Source: Tubiluchus corallicola
Taxonomy: Eukaryota; Animalia; Priapulida
Length of the DNA: 64,000 nt
Reading direction: 5' to 3'
Assembly (NCBI GenBank): GCA_030141605.1
Contig: JAQGDQ010002381.1
Span: 124,001 to 188,000 of the forward strand
The notes under the pieces are model-generated. The model was not told the DNA's origin. It worked only from the letters and a program-made list of their open reading frames with translations, and ran no database searches. The position numbers and the translations under genes are program-made. Shown one piece after another: positions 62,171 through 64,000 of this stretch (positions within the stretch are counted from its first letter, which is position 1; each line of letters begins with the position of its first letter).

Positions 62171-64000
62171 ATACATAATAAACCCTGTCCTAGTAAAAGT
62201 TTTCAACAGAAACAACACTGCACGCGAGTTCTTCAAATGGAAAAAGAACTTTCTCTTGGAAATTCAACAATCTAAACCACACACGCAGCGCCGCCAAGCG
62301 TATCAGACGTGCAAGATTACACCATTTTCCTCTTCAGTGTAAAATCAATAAAAACTTTTCATCAAAATACTAATCATTAGTAGCTTCTCAAGAATCTGTA
62401 ATTGAGTTCAATCACTGACTAGTGAAACACGGGATGAATCTAAAGCGGGCATTCTTGCTTTTTGGTCATTATCATGAAATCTATCAAACTGTAACGCTTA
62501 GCATTTTACATGCTTTATCTATTAGCTCTGACATTCGAAGCATTGCTGACAATCGTGTAACCTTACCATAAGAGTCTCAATGGAATTTGAACATGACAAG
62601 CAAATGTAAGTTCGCCTGTGTCAAAGACAAAAATCTCAACAGCTACTGCGCAGACGGAAAGATAACTATTGCGCATTTACTTTTAGATTTTACAATGCCA
62701 ATGTGTACATGTACATACAGAACAATATGTAATATACAAAGTTTATAAATCATCAGCACATGAAGACACAACAAGTCGAAATTGTAAGAAAACTTGTGCA
62801 GAGTGAACTTAACAAATGAGTGGACACAAAAAAGATAATTTAAAAAAAGAAAAAATGGTGATGAAAAAAACACAAAAACGAGAAATTGGGACACAGACAT
62901 ATAAGTTGCCGTCAATATTAACTTTTTTTTGTCATAACTGACTAACTGACGCACTACCATCATTATCTTAATCATCGTCGTTGCCACTGCGGTCGTTGTG
63001 GTCACTGTTATCGTCAAAATAATTATCATCATCATCATCGTCATGATGCCGCCGCCGTCGTTGTTGTTGTTGTTGTTGTTGTCGTCGTCGTTATCATCAC
63101 CACCACCATAACCATCATTTTTCTTTTTGCTTCTCTTCTTTTCACAAATTTCGTTTTTTGTTTTAGCGTTTCTCTTTTTTAATAGCTAAAAACACGTATC
63201 AGCAGCATCTGTATTATATTACTCTGATTTGCTTTGAGTGAATTAAAAACATTTGCCTTTGATTAGAGAATCCCCGTTCAAAAGAGGCATAACAAGATTA
63301 CTAGAGCAATCATAAAGAACGCAACATGGTAATTAACACGGTATTTTTGATTTGGTTTGTAATCATACCGCTTTATTGCTGAAAAAATAATTAAAACGAT
63401 GAACGAGTATGAGTCATAAAGTCTAATTACACTCGACGCTTTGAGTGGGTCGGATACAAGTTCACTTTAGACTTGTCTTTTGTGACGGAACGGAAGTGTA
63501 CGAGAAAATTAAAATTTAACGCGTTGCATAATAATTATATTATAATTAATTGAAGGCGTGGTACGTTTGAGTCGATCTAACCACGTGACTGGGTTTAAAA
63601 TCAATCTAATGTTTCCAATAATATTCTGTTGTTAACTTCCAGCTATAGTGACTTTAATTTTCAATGTTTTATGTTGCAAAACATTTTTTGTAAACATTTA
63701 TTTGAAATAATTGCCTTTAGCAAATAAATGCTGATCAAATTGCTTCAGGCTGCAAAATTTACAGGAGTGCAGTTTGACAGGAAAAACAAATCTATCACAA
63801 AATATACATAACTATTCCAATTGTTAATTATGATAATTAAAACGGTTAGATGAACCAATATATTGCTGCACCAGATCAAATAGAATGATGTTCTGTTCAT
63901 AACTTAGTAGTGAACTACCTGAAAGAAAAACTGAAGTTTCTAATTGTGGGTTAAAGTTATTTATATTAAAAGGTAATGTGTTTGTTTGGTATAGGTTTGT

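Overview
AT-rich, microsatellite- and transposon-rich DNA from an intron-containing animal genome, most likely a protostome invertebrate given the quiver-like and SIFamide-receptor-like genes. Manual exon joining (GT-AG sites, phase-checked) supports four gene loci: (1) an intact tRNA-Ile(AAT); (2) a 3-exon GPI-anchored Ly6/three-finger gene resembling quiver/sleepless (+, 13589-16054); (3) a convergent 5-exon gene for an unassigned type-I membrane protein (-, 23958-17784) whose 10-Cys ectodomain has the Cys spacing and K...Y dyad of CS-alpha-beta scorpion K+-channel toxins, with PY motifs in its tail; (4) a SIFamide/NPFF-receptor-like GPCR locus (-). In the GPCR locus a single TM1-TM2 exon (61386-61116) lies upstream of two intact, diverged TM3-TM7 exon cassettes, suggesting two receptors sharing one N-terminal exon. 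Also present: a young 5'-truncated LINE, older LINE fragments, hAT/mariner/MULE-type MITEs with target-site duplications, many tRNA-derived SINE-like heads, minisatellites and microsatellites. Family assignments rest on remembered motifs; no database searches were run.
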